Virus record (IMG/VR): IMGVR_UViG_3300033068_001013
Span: 1,951-65,950 of that record
DNA: 64,000 bases
Strand: one strand, 5' to 3'
DNA from: a virus
Taxonomy: Duplodnaviria > Caudoviricetes
Shown here: positions 25,230 through 35,700 of the stretch, piece by piece
How the letters are laid out: every line of letters starts with the position of its first letter
Numbering within the stretch: the stretch's first letter is position 1
The notes under the pieces: generated by a model
Databases searched by the model: none
What the model was told of the DNA's origin: nothing
The model's input: only the letters and a program-made list of their open reading frames with translations
Program-made: the position numbers and the translations under genes

Positions 25230-28200
25230 ATGTTTAAGAGATATCTAATTCTTTTGGCTATGACGCTAACCATCCTTGCGGGTGGAACTTTTGCTCAAAC
25301 TCGACAGAAGATTCAGGGGTATTGTGAAGATGGTGGTCAGACGGTTACGACCGATGGACGTACGTCTACTACGAAGGTTCAACGTAGTTATCCAAGCTGT
25401 ACGGTGACGGTGTACGATGGTGGAACTACCACACTGTCAACGATTTACAGCGATGAGTCTGGAACCCCCAAAGCTAACCCATTCGTTGCGGATGCGAATG
25501 GTGGTTGGTCTTTTTATGGGGGAGTTGGCCGGTATGATACCAAGTTTAGTGGGGGTGGAATTACTACGCCCTTTACGCGAAGTGGATGGTGGGTTGTGGT
25601 TCCCGGTGGCGGAGGTGGTGGGTTGAGTGGTGGTGGTACGGCCAATCGAATCGCAAAATGGTCTGGAGCCTCCAGCCTTGATAATTCTATTTTAAATCAA
25701 GTAGGGACCAGCGAAATTACTTTAGTTAATGGGAGGTTCAATCTCCAATCTAAACAGCAGGTGTTGGAGGTTGCAAATGAGGGGGTTACAGGAACTACTC
25801 AAGATAGGTTGGCGAAGCTAACGGGAGCCCCGAGTACGGCTATCCTAGCTGGGACTAGTGACACCTCAGGCATTCTGGGGATTGTGGTGGCCAGTGCGGG
25901 CACGACTGGAAGTGCTCAGATCGCAATTGCTGGAAGATATAATTGTGAGTTCGATGGTGCCACTACCGCAGGGAATTATGTGGTGTCAAGCAGCACTACT
26001 GCGGGTAAGTGTGCGGATGGTGGAGCTACGCCCCCAACCACTCGTCAGGTGATTGGCAGGGTGTTGAGTACAAACGGTGCTAGTGGGACTTATGAGATTT
26101 TACTGACAGGTCCTGGGGGATATAGTGCGGCGGGAAGTTATATGAGTGGGGGTACCATCAACGCAGGTACTACCGGAGATCTTGGGTATTATGCATCGAA
26201 TGGAACTACTATTAGTCCTTTGGGTAAAGGGTCTACCTTCACAATCAGTGGAGGTGTGCTTAAGACTCAGACTTTGAGAAATGCGGTTAATGCGTTGGAT
26301 TATGGGGCGGATCCTACGGGGGTTAGTAATAGTACAACTGCTTTACAGAACTGGATTACGGCTTGTCAGGCTGCTGGAGGATTTTTATGTTACCTGCCGG
26401 GAGGCACTTATCTTACTGATCCCATCACGCAGAGTATTAATGGATTGCGGATTGAGGGAGATGGGAGAGAGAAATCTATTCTTAAGGCCCGGGTGGTAAA
26501 TAATCCTATTATCAATATCACCTCTGCCAATTTTGCGGTGAATTTTACTATTAATGGAATTGGGTTTGAGGGACAGGGAAAATCGTCAGGAACAAGTGGT
26601 CATTGTGTTTCGATCTCTGATGCTACGGGTGGCACTGCACAGTTTAGTATTGAGAATTCTTCTTTTATCAATTGCGGAGGCAAAGGGCTCTATATCCCTT
26701 ATATGTTCGCGGGAAGGTTTAAGAATCTTTTATTTGATGAGATTGGAGATAATCATTTAGAAGTGCAGGGAGGCAGTGCTAGTGTGTTTGAGGGGTTGGA
26801 CTTCAAAACAGTTGAGGCTAATAAAATTGGTTTATGGGTTTATAGCGGTAATCCGGTATTGATTGCTAATAATGGTATCGAGCCGGATAGTGGGGCAGGA
26901 TCTATCTGGGGTAGGTTTGGGCGCAGCTTGGCCGATGGAGATGGCGCAGATAGTTACGTTCTTGGGGCAACCTTTACTGGAAATAATGTTGAGGATTTTA
27001 AGAGTAAAGGATGGGAGTTTCGGACAGGCAGTGGGGGATCCACCTACTCGGGGAATACTTTCATCTCCCCCTCCAGCGGAACAGTGACGGCGATCTATTT
27101 TCAGTTTTTGAGTGGAACAGAGCTAGGGATCTGGTCAGGCGGTACTTTCACCCTGCAGGGCACGGCGGCGTGGACAAACTCGCAACCTGTTCACGCGCGA
27201 GGTTATGCACCGTTTTATGTGAGTGGCACCAACACCCCTACGGATTTCTATGAATGGAATGCAGCTGAGGTGAGATCGCTGCCTTATGTGCGACCTGAGC
27301 TGTTGGCGGGTACAACCGAAAATGGGTTGAAAGTATCCAACTTTTTCAGTGATGCTATTTTTAATTCGAGCCTTGCGGGGAGTTTGACTGGGACAACGGA
27401 TCCCTCAGGAAATGCTTCGAGGATTATCTTACAATCCGGTAGTGCCTCCCGTCCGGTTTATAGTTTTTCGGGAGATAGTGATAGCGGAATGTATAGTAGT
27501 TTGGGGAATCTTCTTTGGAGTACTGATGGTACTTTGAGGATGACCTTGAATAACAGCTATGGATTGGTGCTGGGGAATAACGCTACAGGTACAGGGAAGT
27601 TTACTGCGCAGGGGCTGAGTGCCTCCACTGGGTTTTATGTAAGGACCGCGAGTGCCCCTGGATCTCAGGGTGGATTGGTGATGCCGTTTGAGGGAGGGGG
27701 ATTGACGTTTGGTCCCGGCATCTGGTGGGCGGGTGGTGCGTACAATGCTATCTCTGGATTGTGGTTATCGAATGGATTGAATTGGCAGAGTGCGTCGAGT
27801 ACGCACTCTCAGTGGAAGATTAGGAAAAGTACTGGAACATCTGGCGAGGGTGATATTGTTTTAAATCTTCATCCTGACGATGGGTATATTGGGTTGAATC
27901 CTTTTGGGACCAGTGCGGGGAATACAAGTGAGACTAGATATCTGGAGCTTGCTGCTAATGGGGCGAATTATGTTGGGTTCAAGGCTCCGGATAATATTGC
28001 CACTACAAGGATTTGGACATTGCCTTCCGCTGATGGAAGTGCGAGTCAATGCTTGCAGACTAATGGAAGCGGGGTGCTGAGCTTTGGGGCTTGTAGTGGG
28101 TCTTCCAGCTTGACTGTTGGTACGACCACGATTACTGGTGGTACGACCACGAGAGTGCTCTATAACAACGCGGGCGTGCTTGGCGAGTATGCGGTTACGG

Positions 28201-30206
28201 GTACGGGCAATGCGGTGCTGAGCGCGAGCCCGACGCTGACGGGCACGGTTGCGGCAGCGGGGGCCACGTTCTCCGGGACCATCACGCAGACCAGTGCGAG
28301 CGCGACGGCGTTCGAGTCGGGGCCGAATGGCAGCACGAATCCCGTTTTCCGCTTGGTGAACAGCACGGCGAGCAGCGCAACGGGGCTGAGCATCACGGGG
28401 AATGCGGCGGGGAGCGGCGTGACGCTGACGGCGTTAAGTAGCGGAAGCAATGAAGGAATCACGATAAATGCTAAGGGGACGGGAAATATTACGATCAACA
28501 ACCAAGCGGTCATTTCAGGGATGACCATTGGCGGAAATGATATTTTTCGGGCAGGACGTATTCAGATTGGCACGAGCACGAGCAACGTGCTGGATTTTTA
28601 TACAAACAATACGATTGCAGCATCTTTCGGGGGATCAACCGGAGCGGTTCGATCTTTCGGGCTTGGCTCTGACATGGCTTTTGGTTTTGCCAATACGTCG
28701 TCTCCTTCAGGAGCGACGCTTGACATTACCCTTCGCCGCGCTGCCGCTGCCAACCTCGCCTTCGGCGCAGCCGACGCCGCCGCCCCCGTCGCGCAAACGT
28801 TGAGCGTGCAGAACGTGGTCGCGGGGACGAGCAACACGGCGGGAGCAAACTGGACTTTCGCGGGATCGCGCGGCACAGGCACGGGCGCGGGGGGCGCAAT
28901 TATCTGGCAGATCGCTCCTGCTGGATCTTCGGGAACTTCGCAGAACGCTCTTGTAGAGACAATGCGACTTGACGGCAATGGGATTCGGTTGCCGGAAATT
29001 TCGTCGGCAGCGACGCCTGCCACCAATAATGTCTATCTTTACGCCAAGGACAAGACCGGCGTTTCGACTCTTTACTACAAGAAAGACGACGGCACGGAAG
29101 TTGAGATTGGAAGTGGGGGTTCCGGGACGCCCGGCGGCTCAAACACGCAGATTCAGTACAACAATGCGGGCTCCTTTGGTGGCATTTCTGGCCTGACGAC
29201 GAACGGCAGCACAACGCTTGTGCAGACAAGCAGCAATGCCGCAGCGTTCGAGTCCGGCCCGAACGGCTCAACCAATCCCGTGTTTCGTCTCGTGAACAAC
29301 GTTGTGAGCGCGGCGACGGGGCTGTCGATCACGGGCAACGCGGCAGGGAGCGGTGTTACCCTGACGGCCCTTTCCTCCGGTACGAACGAAGATATTGTCA
29401 TCAACCCGAAGGGGAGCGGCGCAATCCGGATCGGCACAGGACCATTCGCCCGCTTCGATTCCTCGCACAATAGCAGCTTCACCACGTCCACCGGTGTTAT
29501 CAAACTCGGGAACGATTTTTGGATGTCCTCGAACCTCGCAGCAGTCGGTCTCAATACCTATTACAACGGGGCGAACTTCGTGTACGCCCAGACCGATCCC
29601 GCGTTCCTGTTCGGCTTCAACGCGAGCCGCAACGCCTTCAAGATTCAAGCCGCCGCGAGCGGCACGGGGGGAAGCACGGTTAACTTCTCGGCGGGCCTGG
29701 CGGTCCTCAGCGACGCGACGGTCGGCGTCAACAAAGAGTCTTCGACCGGCGCGCAGTTCCACGCGGTCAGCGGGTCCAGTTCGCGCGTGGCGCTCCGGGC
29801 GGATAGCGCATCCTCGAACACGGTCGATATTGCGCAGTTTACCGTCAATGGATCGACGACGGCGGGCAATTACGTCGGCCTTGCGTCGGGTGGCGCGGTC
29901 AAGGTTCGACGGCAGACCTACAGCGGCTCTGGAACGCAGACGCTTAATCTTGCAAATGGCACCGTACACGAACTCACTGTGACGGGGACGACAACCGTTG
30001 CACTGTCAAATATCCAGAACGGCGGATTCTACATCCTTGCCATCATTCAGGATGCTACAGGCGGACGCTCCGTAACCCTTCCTTCCACGATCAAGCTCCC
30101 TGGCGGCTCGTGGATTTTCACGACAACCGCAAACGCGCGGGATGAGTTCCATTGCTACTCGGACGGAACCAACCTCTATTGCATGCCGCAGGCAGACGTT
30201 AAATAG
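25230..30206 (+). CDS. tail fibre/tailspike with pectate-lyase-like beta-helix
   Basis: PKANPFVADANG head-binding-type motif, VNALDYGADPTG..STTALQ beta-helix entry, G/S/T-rich fibre repeats; start set at the ATG after GAGGAG. Confidence 0.8.
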   Translation: MFKRYLILLAMTLTILAGGTFAQTRQKIQGYCEDGGQTVTTDGRTSTTKVQRSYPSCTVTVYDGGTTTLSTIYSDESGTPKANPFVADANGGWSFYGGVGRYDTKFSGGGITTPFTRSGWWVVVPGGGGGGLSGGGTANRIAKWSGASSLDNSILNQVGTSEITLVNGRFNLQSKQQVLEVANEGVTGTTQDRLAKLTGAPSTAILAGTSDTSGILGIVVASAGTTGSAQIAIAGRYNCEFDGATTAGNYVVSSSTTAGKCADGGATPPTTRQVIGRVLSTNGASGTYEILLTGPGGYSAAGSYMSGGTINAGTTGDLGYYASNGTTISPLGKGSTFTISGGVLKTQTLRNAVNALDYGADPTGVSNSTTALQNWITACQAAGGFLCYLPGGTYLTDPITQSINGLRIEGDGREKSILKARVVNNPIINITSANFAVNFTINGIGFEGQGKSSGTSGHCVSISDATGGTAQFSIENSSFINCGGKGLYIPYMFAGRFKNLLFDEIGDNHLEVQGGSASVFEGLDFKTVEANKIGLWVYSGNPVLIANNGIEPDSGAGSIWGRFGRSLADGDGADSYVLGATFTGNNVEDFKSKGWEFRTGSGGSTYSGNTFISPSSGTVTAIYFQFLSGTELGIWSGGTFTLQGTAAWTNSQPVHARGYAPFYVSGTNTPTDFYEWNAAEVRSLPYVRPELLAGTTENGLKVSNFFSDAIFNSSLAGSLTGTTDPSGNASRIILQSGSASRPVYSFSGDSDSGMYSSLGNLLWSTDGTLRMTLNNSYGLVLGNNATGTGKFTAQGLSASTGFYVRTASAPGSQGGLVMPFEGGGLTFGPGIWWAGGAYNAISGLWLSNGLNWQSASSTHSQWKIRKSTGTSGEGDIVLNLHPDDGYIGLNPFGTSAGNTSETRYLELAANGANYVGFKAPDNIATTRIWTLPSADGSASQCLQTNGSGVLSFGACSGSSSLTVGTTTITGGTTTRVLYNNAGVLGEYAVTGTGNAVLSASPTLTGTVAAAGATFSGTITQTSASATAFESGPNGSTNPVFRLVNSTASSATGLSITGNAAGSGVTLTALSSGSNEGITINAKGTGNITINNQAVISGMTIGGNDIFRAGRIQIGTSTSNVLDFYTNNTIAASFGGSTGAVRSFGLGSDMAFGFANTSSPSGATLDITLRRAAAANLAFGAADAAAPVAQTLSVQNVVAGTSNTAGANWTFAGSRGTGTGAGGAIIWQIAPAGSSGTSQNALVETMRLDGNGIRLPEISSAATPATNNVYLYAKDKTGVSTLYYKKDDGTEVEIGSGGSGTPGGSNTQIQYNNAGSFGGISGLTTNGSTTLVQTSSNAAAFESGPNGSTNPVFRLVNNVVSAATGLSITGNAAGSGVTLTALSSGTNEDIVINPKGSGAIRIGTGPFARFDSSHNSSFTTSTGVIKLGNDFWMSSNLAAVGLNTYYNGANFVYAQTDPAFLFGFNASRNAFKIQAAASGTGGSTVNFSAGLAVLSDATVGVNKESSTGAQFHAVSGSSSRVALRADSASSNTVDIAQFTVNGSTTAGNYVGLASGGAVKVRRQTYSGSGTQTLNLANGTVHELTVTGTTTVALSNIQNGGFYILAIIQDATGGRSVTLPSTIKLPGGSWIFTTTANARDEFHCYSDGTNLYCMPQADVK
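28287..29432 (+). repeat. 70-aa internal duplication (28287..28496 and 29223..29432)
   Basis: Both copies contain AFESGPNGSTNPVFRLVN...TGLSITGNAAGSGVTLTALSSG.NE. Confidence 0.9.
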
Positions 30207-30214
30207 GAGCAACT

Positions 30215-30319
30215 ATGAAACAGACTCTCTTCCTTCTCTTCCTTCTCGTTTTTTCCGCGTCCATGTTGGGCGCGCAAGGCGGGAAGGCGTTCGACGCCCT
30301 TAACGCGGCGCTGATGTGA
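30215..30319 (+). pseudogene. 34-aa ORF consisting almost entirely of a signal peptide (possible gene remnant)
   Basis: MKQTLFLLFLLVFSASMLGAQGGKAFDALNAALM*, AGGAG SD. Confidence 0.4.
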
Positions 30320-30326
30320 AAAACTA

Positions 30327-30458
30327 ATGAAACGCACTACCATACATTCTATCGTTCGACCCAAACCAGAAGACTCGGATGAACCTTGGCTGGTTGGGGG
30401 TGCATTGATTGTGACCGTGGGTATGACGCTGGGGTTGATGATTCTATTCATTCTATAG
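30327..30458 (+). CDS. 43-aa single-TM protein
   Basis: Manual translation MKRTTIH...WLVGGALIVTVGMTLGLMILFIL. Confidence 0.45.
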   Translation: MKRTTIHSIVRPKPEDSDEPWLVGGALIVTVGMTLGLMILFIL

Positions 30459-30467
30459 GAGAAACAC

Positions 30468-30731
30468 ATGACTGATGCTCAGATTCAAAACGGACTCACG
30501 AACTTCCGACGTTCCCTCACCCGACTCTATGAAGCCATCGAAGAGTTTCGGGCCATCTCGAAACGGGTGAGCGGGCAGGGGATTTTTGATGAGTTGAAAG
30601 TGGAACAGTTGACGGGCGAGCATCTTGGGCTGGCTCCCGCCGATCTCGCCACTGCCAACACGACGGTTCAGGCCATCCTCGCACAGTTGCCGGATGGAGC
30701 CGATAAGTCTATCCTGAAAGTTATCATCTGA
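30468..30731 (+). CDS. hypothetical protein
   Basis: ORF track, AGGAG SD. Confidence 0.65.
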   Translation: MTDAQIQNGLTNFRRSLTRLYEAIEEFRAISKRVSGQGIFDELKVEQLTGEHLGLAPADLATANTTVQAILAQLPDGADKSILKVII

Positions 30732-31027
30732 TGAAAGGATTGGGCTTAATGCACATCGGGGAATACCTCACCATCGGGGTGCTGTTCTTGTCTAACTTCG
30801 CGTGGTTGGTTAGAATGTACGTGAAGTTGGAAGACTTATTGAAGTGGAAAGACGATGTTGAGAAACATCTGAAGGATATCACGATTCACATTGATCCGCG
30901 CAGAGATGAGGAAAAATGGAAAAGCCTTTATCGAACGCTGGATAAAATAGATCAAAAACTTGATAACATTTACCTCCTCGAACGGGGAGATCGAAAATCG
31001 AATAAAGGAGACGCAGATGACAAATAA
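30731..31027 (+). CDS. TM plus coiled-coil protein (holin-like or lysis accessory)
   Basis: YLTIGVLFLSNFAWLV TM followed by a LDKIDQKLD coil. Confidence 0.5.
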   Translation: MKGLGLMHIGEYLTIGVLFLSNFAWLVRMYVKLEDLLKWKDDVEKHLKDITIHIDPRRDEEKWKSLYRTLDKIDQKLDNIYLLERGDRKSNKGDADDK

Positions 31028-31331
31028 GATTCGTAAAACCTTCATTGCCCTTCTGGCGATGGTTATTTTCACCGGGGCGATTATGGCGTTTGGGCAGGAT
31101 TCCAACAAAGGACTCCCTAAGCAAATTCCACTTACTCAGGTTGAGTTGCTGCTTATTGAAAACACCCAGCTTCGGATTGCTGAGCTTCAGCGCCAGCAAG
31201 TGGAAGTGCTTCGAGGTTCACTCCGTACGGCCGGTATTCCAGAGAATCTTTGGGATAAGTATGAACTCTCCAAAGACGGTAAGGGCTTTATTCTGAAGGA
31301 AGAGCCGAAAAAGGAAGCGCCTAAAAAGTGA
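31017..31331 (+). CDS. secreted hypothetical protein
   Basis: MTNKIRKTFIALLAMVIFTGAIMAFG-Q signal peptide; GGAG SD. Confidence 0.6.
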   Translation: MTNKIRKTFIALLAMVIFTGAIMAFGQDSNKGLPKQIPLTQVELLLIENTQLRIAELQRQQVEVLRGSLRTAGIPENLWDKYELSKDGKGFILKEEPKKEAPKK

Positions 31332-32707
31332 CCACCTATACTCATACAACTTTTGCTCAGGCCAAGACACAGCTAGCTGCGTTGCTTGGGGATAGCGCCA
31401 AAGTATTCTGGACGGATGACGAGTTGGGGAGTTATATAAAAGAAGCTCTTCGAACTTGGGGTCTGGCTACTGGGTACTGGAAGGCTACGGCTACGGTTCC
31501 CTTGGTGGCCGGGCAAGCGTTCTATGATGTAAGGGTGGATTGTGTAGATAGTGGTGGAACTCCTCTTCAGGGTTCCACCATTACTGACCGTGATGTGATT
31601 AATGATATTTGTTACGCTCTGATGGAACCTCCTATTGTTACTTGGAGTGGAGGCTGGATCGGAAGTGAACAATTTTCATTAGATCAAATCGTTACGGCGT
31701 TGCAAAGAAATCGGGATGAAATTCTAGCTCTAACTGGAATGATTGCCAGTGAACAGTCCTATAACATCGCGGCTGGGGTTCAGAGATTACCTTTGGATGA
31801 GACAGCTATTCGAGTTCTCCGGGTTGCGGTTCAGGATACATTCTCCACAAATCAACCTTTACCCATCTGGTCTATAGATGAACATCAGGCTCAAACTACT
31901 ACGCCTAGTAGTTATGCTCCAGAACTATCTCGCCCCAAAGCTTATTCGACAACGTATGTTCCTAATTTGAGTTTGGATCTTTGGCCAGCTCCAGGAACCA
32001 CTTACATAGTTAGTGCCTATCAAATTACTCGTGGGGTAACCTTTACTCCAACGATTAACGCATCACCAATAGGTCTGCCAGATGATTTGGTTTGGTTGTT
32101 GAAATACATGACCATTGCGGATATCTGTTCCAGTGATGGTATTTCAAATGCGCCCGCGATAGCTCAATACGCCAATCAACGTGTTCAAGATGGGTTGATA
32201 TTGATTGATAGGTATCAGTCCCTGCTCTGGTCTAATATTGATCAACGCAGAAGTTCAGTTACTTCATTGGCGTCTTTGGATCTCCACCGCCCAACTTGGG
32301 CAAGTGTACAAGGCTCCCCACGTACGTTTCATCTTATGAACTGGAATGTGTTTGGATGTAATCAAGTACCATCCACCAATCAAGATGCTGCGGTTGAGAT
32401 GGTTCGAAAGGCCATAGTGCCGACCAGTGACACAGACTACATCCAAGTTAGTTCTGATCTGATGCCTATGTTGTTGAGCTTCTGCCAGCACTTGAGTCAT
32501 GTAAAAATTCAAGGGGCTGAATTCCAAATGATGATGCCTCAGTATCAGGCTCTAATTGATCGGGCCAATACATTCAAGTCCGGAGTAGCCGCATCCGGCG
32601 TGTTCTATCCAACGCTACAATGGAGAGTCAAACAAAATCGATGGACGGTTCCATTTAAGAAAGACTCTGAGATTCAATCAGTTACTCAAACCTTGGGAGA
32701 AGATTGA
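31328..32707 (+). CDS. tail adaptor/tubular protein A-like
   Basis: TFAQAKTQLAALLGD...FWTDDELGSYIKEA pattern; LDLWPAP motif; upstream of the nozzle. Confidence 0.6.
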   Translation: MTTYTHTTFAQAKTQLAALLGDSAKVFWTDDELGSYIKEALRTWGLATGYWKATATVPLVAGQAFYDVRVDCVDSGGTPLQGSTITDRDVINDICYALMEPPIVTWSGGWIGSEQFSLDQIVTALQRNRDEILALTGMIASEQSYNIAAGVQRLPLDETAIRVLRVAVQDTFSTNQPLPIWSIDEHQAQTTTPSSYAPELSRPKAYSTTYVPNLSLDLWPAPGTTYIVSAYQITRGVTFTPTINASPIGLPDDLVWLLKYMTIADICSSDGISNAPAIAQYANQRVQDGLILIDRYQSLLWSNIDQRRSSVTSLASLDLHRPTWASVQGSPRTFHLMNWNVFGCNQVPSTNQDAAVEMVRKAIVPTSDTDYIQVSSDLMPMLLSFCQHLSHVKIQGAEFQMMMPQYQALIDRANTFKSGVAASGVFYPTLQWRVKQNRWTVPFKKDSEIQSVTQTLGED

Positions 32708-35700
32708 TGGCTGAGTATGTAAATCAATCAAATAAATTTCTCCTTCGGGGAATGAATAACGCTTTGCCATCCGACCGTCTCGGGGTTGAATGGGCGCAGT
32801 TGATGAAGAATCTCCGAAGCTATCGTGTAGGCGAATGGCAACAGCGTCCTGGGTTGAGTTTAATTGCGGATGTGGATGGGGGTAGTACGGCCGGAATTTG
32901 GTTTGCGAAACGTATTTCAAATAACAATGCAGGAACTTACCGACGATTGGTAGCTACTGCAGATGGAAAAGTTTATGTTGATGATGCCGCTCATACCTCA
33001 TTTAGTTTGGTTGATAGTGGGTATAGTTCTAATCCGTATACATCTATCATAGCCCGGCCTGACCGATCTCCATTGCCTTATTTGTTTCTGGCTAATGATA
33101 CCCGACTAGGTAAGTTTGACGTACTTGGTAATAGAACTGAATGGGGGTTGAGTGCGCCATTAGTCGCACCAACTGCTGAGCTAGCAAGAAATGCTTATAA
33201 GGTTATTGATGATTGTGAAAGTGCTGCCGGGTTTACTGGAACTGGCGGAGCTGTTAGTGCGGTAGCAAGAGCTAGCGCAGTTGCCATTTCACAAATTCTT
33301 TTTGATACCGGCACAACTGGATGGGCATGCGTTGTTCCCGCGACTCTTGACACAAATTGGCAAGAGGGAATGTTTATTACGACAAGCGCCAATGTCGAGA
33401 CTGTTATTATTGAATCTATCTATCAACAGATTGCCTCGACAACTATAGGGAGTATTCTATATGACTCTGGAACATCTGGACTGTGTACAATTCAATTGGC
33501 TACCCCAACAGCTGGATTGCAACGAAACTCAATTATCCGACTTAATGCTACCGAGAATGTTCGAGTGTTGTCGGTTACCATGGGATTGGACGGTATTCCA
33601 TCCCTGCGTTGTTCCACCTCCGGAACATTTAGTGCGGGACAAACAGTGGACGGCTTCCGATCATTCCGGGCTTACTTCTCCAACAATCACACCACGGCAG
33701 AGACGCTGAGTACTAATTATGTTCAATTAGCGGTCGCAGGTTCGGGGTTGTCTTCAGTTTCGAAAACAGCCGCACTCGACTTAACATCAACCAATGTGGG
33801 GGCTACCCGGCCCGTTCAAGCTTCTGACTATGTGCATGTCTCAATCTTGGTTTCGGATTTCAGTCTGGTAAGTGAAATTCAAATCCAATTCGATTGCGAC
33901 TCAACGACGAATGATTTTACGAAGAACTATTACTTCAAATCCATTCGTCAACCTGATTTGTTGGCCGCTGTAAAACAAACGTCAAGTTCCTTGACTGCAC
34001 AGCAGACCGCAATTCAGCGTCAGCAGATTGACGAGTTTCGGCGTCAGCAACTTCTGGATGAAAAAGCTTATATTGAAAGTCAGAATCTGGATACTGGTTT
34101 CGCCGGTATTGGCCAGTTTCGTAGAGATCGACTGGATGAAATTAATAGTCAGCTTGGTGATGGCTTCCTTGTTAATTCTGGACAAGGCGCACTTAGCGAA
34201 TCCGGCATTGCTGGGAGTGGACAATGGACAGAGCTTAAGATTCCTATCACGGAATTTCAAAGAGTCGGATCGGATACTTCCAGAGGATGGAAAGATATTA
34301 AAGCCTTTGCAGTGACGGTGAATGCCACTGCAGCGGTCAATGTTGGCGTGGACGCCCTGTGGATTGGGGGCAGTTATGGTGCGGATTTTTCTATAGGCCA
34401 AACAACTTCCCCATCCTCCACAGGGGCTTTAGATGGTTATACGTATGTCTATCGGGCCCGAAATAGTTCAACTGGTTCGAGATCAAACCCTTCTCCTCCA
34501 ATGCGGTCACCTGTATATCCAGAGAGAGAGGCGGTGAGTGTTACTATCCCAAGTGGATATGCTGATGCTCAGGCAGATTTTTTTGATCTGTACAGAATTG
34601 GTGGGAGCTTGGGAGCGTATCATTATGTGGCAAGTATTCCAAGCGGGAGCTTAACGTATACGGATACATTGCCAGATGATATTGTTGTTACTCAACCAAT
34701 GTTGGAGTTTGATAGGTTTAAACCGTGGCCTAGAATTGATACTCCCAAAAGTGGGACGTGTGATGTTGCAGGTACGAAGGTTAAATTTACCGGTGGTTTT
34801 GTTGCGAATGCAGGTTGGTTGAGAGGAACACAGATTATTATCAACCAACAGGCGTATACATTTTATAGTAATCCCACTACTGCTGGAGGTGTGTGGTATG
34901 TGGAATTAAACGAGTCGGCTGGTACATTGAGCGGAGTTAGTTTTCAAATACCGGAACCTCAGTTGGATGGACAGGCTCTGCCTGTAGTTGTTGGACCTTA
35001 TGGCGGGGGCGTCAGTGGGGAATTTATTCACGGCTGTGGCGATCCCGTTAATCCAGGATACTGGTACTGGACTAATGGTAACGACCCCGAAAGTGTTGGG
35101 GATGCTAATTATCTAGAGCTTTGTTCTCCATCTGAAGTGTTGATGAACGGGGCGATACTTGACGGGATAATTTATGCGTTCTCGAATCAAAGGTCGTGGA
35201 GAATTTTGCCAAGTTTTTCCGGGGGGCAATCTGGCGGTGGGTCAGATTTCTATGCTCAAGAAACTGCAATTGGAAAAGGCTTGGCCGGGCGTTGGGGATT
35301 GACTGTTGGAGATCAGATTTATTTCGTATCCTTTGACGGGATTTATGCCACGAAAGGGGATGTGCCTCGGAGTTTGACTGATGATGCCTTATCCCCAATC
35401 TTCCGTCGAGACGGCTCTACGTACAATGCTAATGTGATTGGGTATCTTTCTCCTGTTAGTTTTGATTCGGCAGATGAGAAGTATATCTCGTTGACGTACT
35501 CCAAAGATGGATTGTATTTTACTTATAAGGGTATTGATGGGAATCGGTATAATTTATATTACAGCTTCCTGACTCAGGGCTGGATGTATGACACATTTAC
35601 TCCAACAGCTCAAAGGATGTTTCGTGAAGAAGGGCTGCAAGTTGATACAGTGTTAATGGGATCGACTACTGGAAAGTTTTATTACATGACTCAAACGAGT

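Noticed and set aside
28598-29982. Several long alternative-frame ORFs in the distal tail-fibre gene
   Set aside because: Expected from the GC-rich codon bias; no recognisable domains, unlike the nested HNH in the intein.
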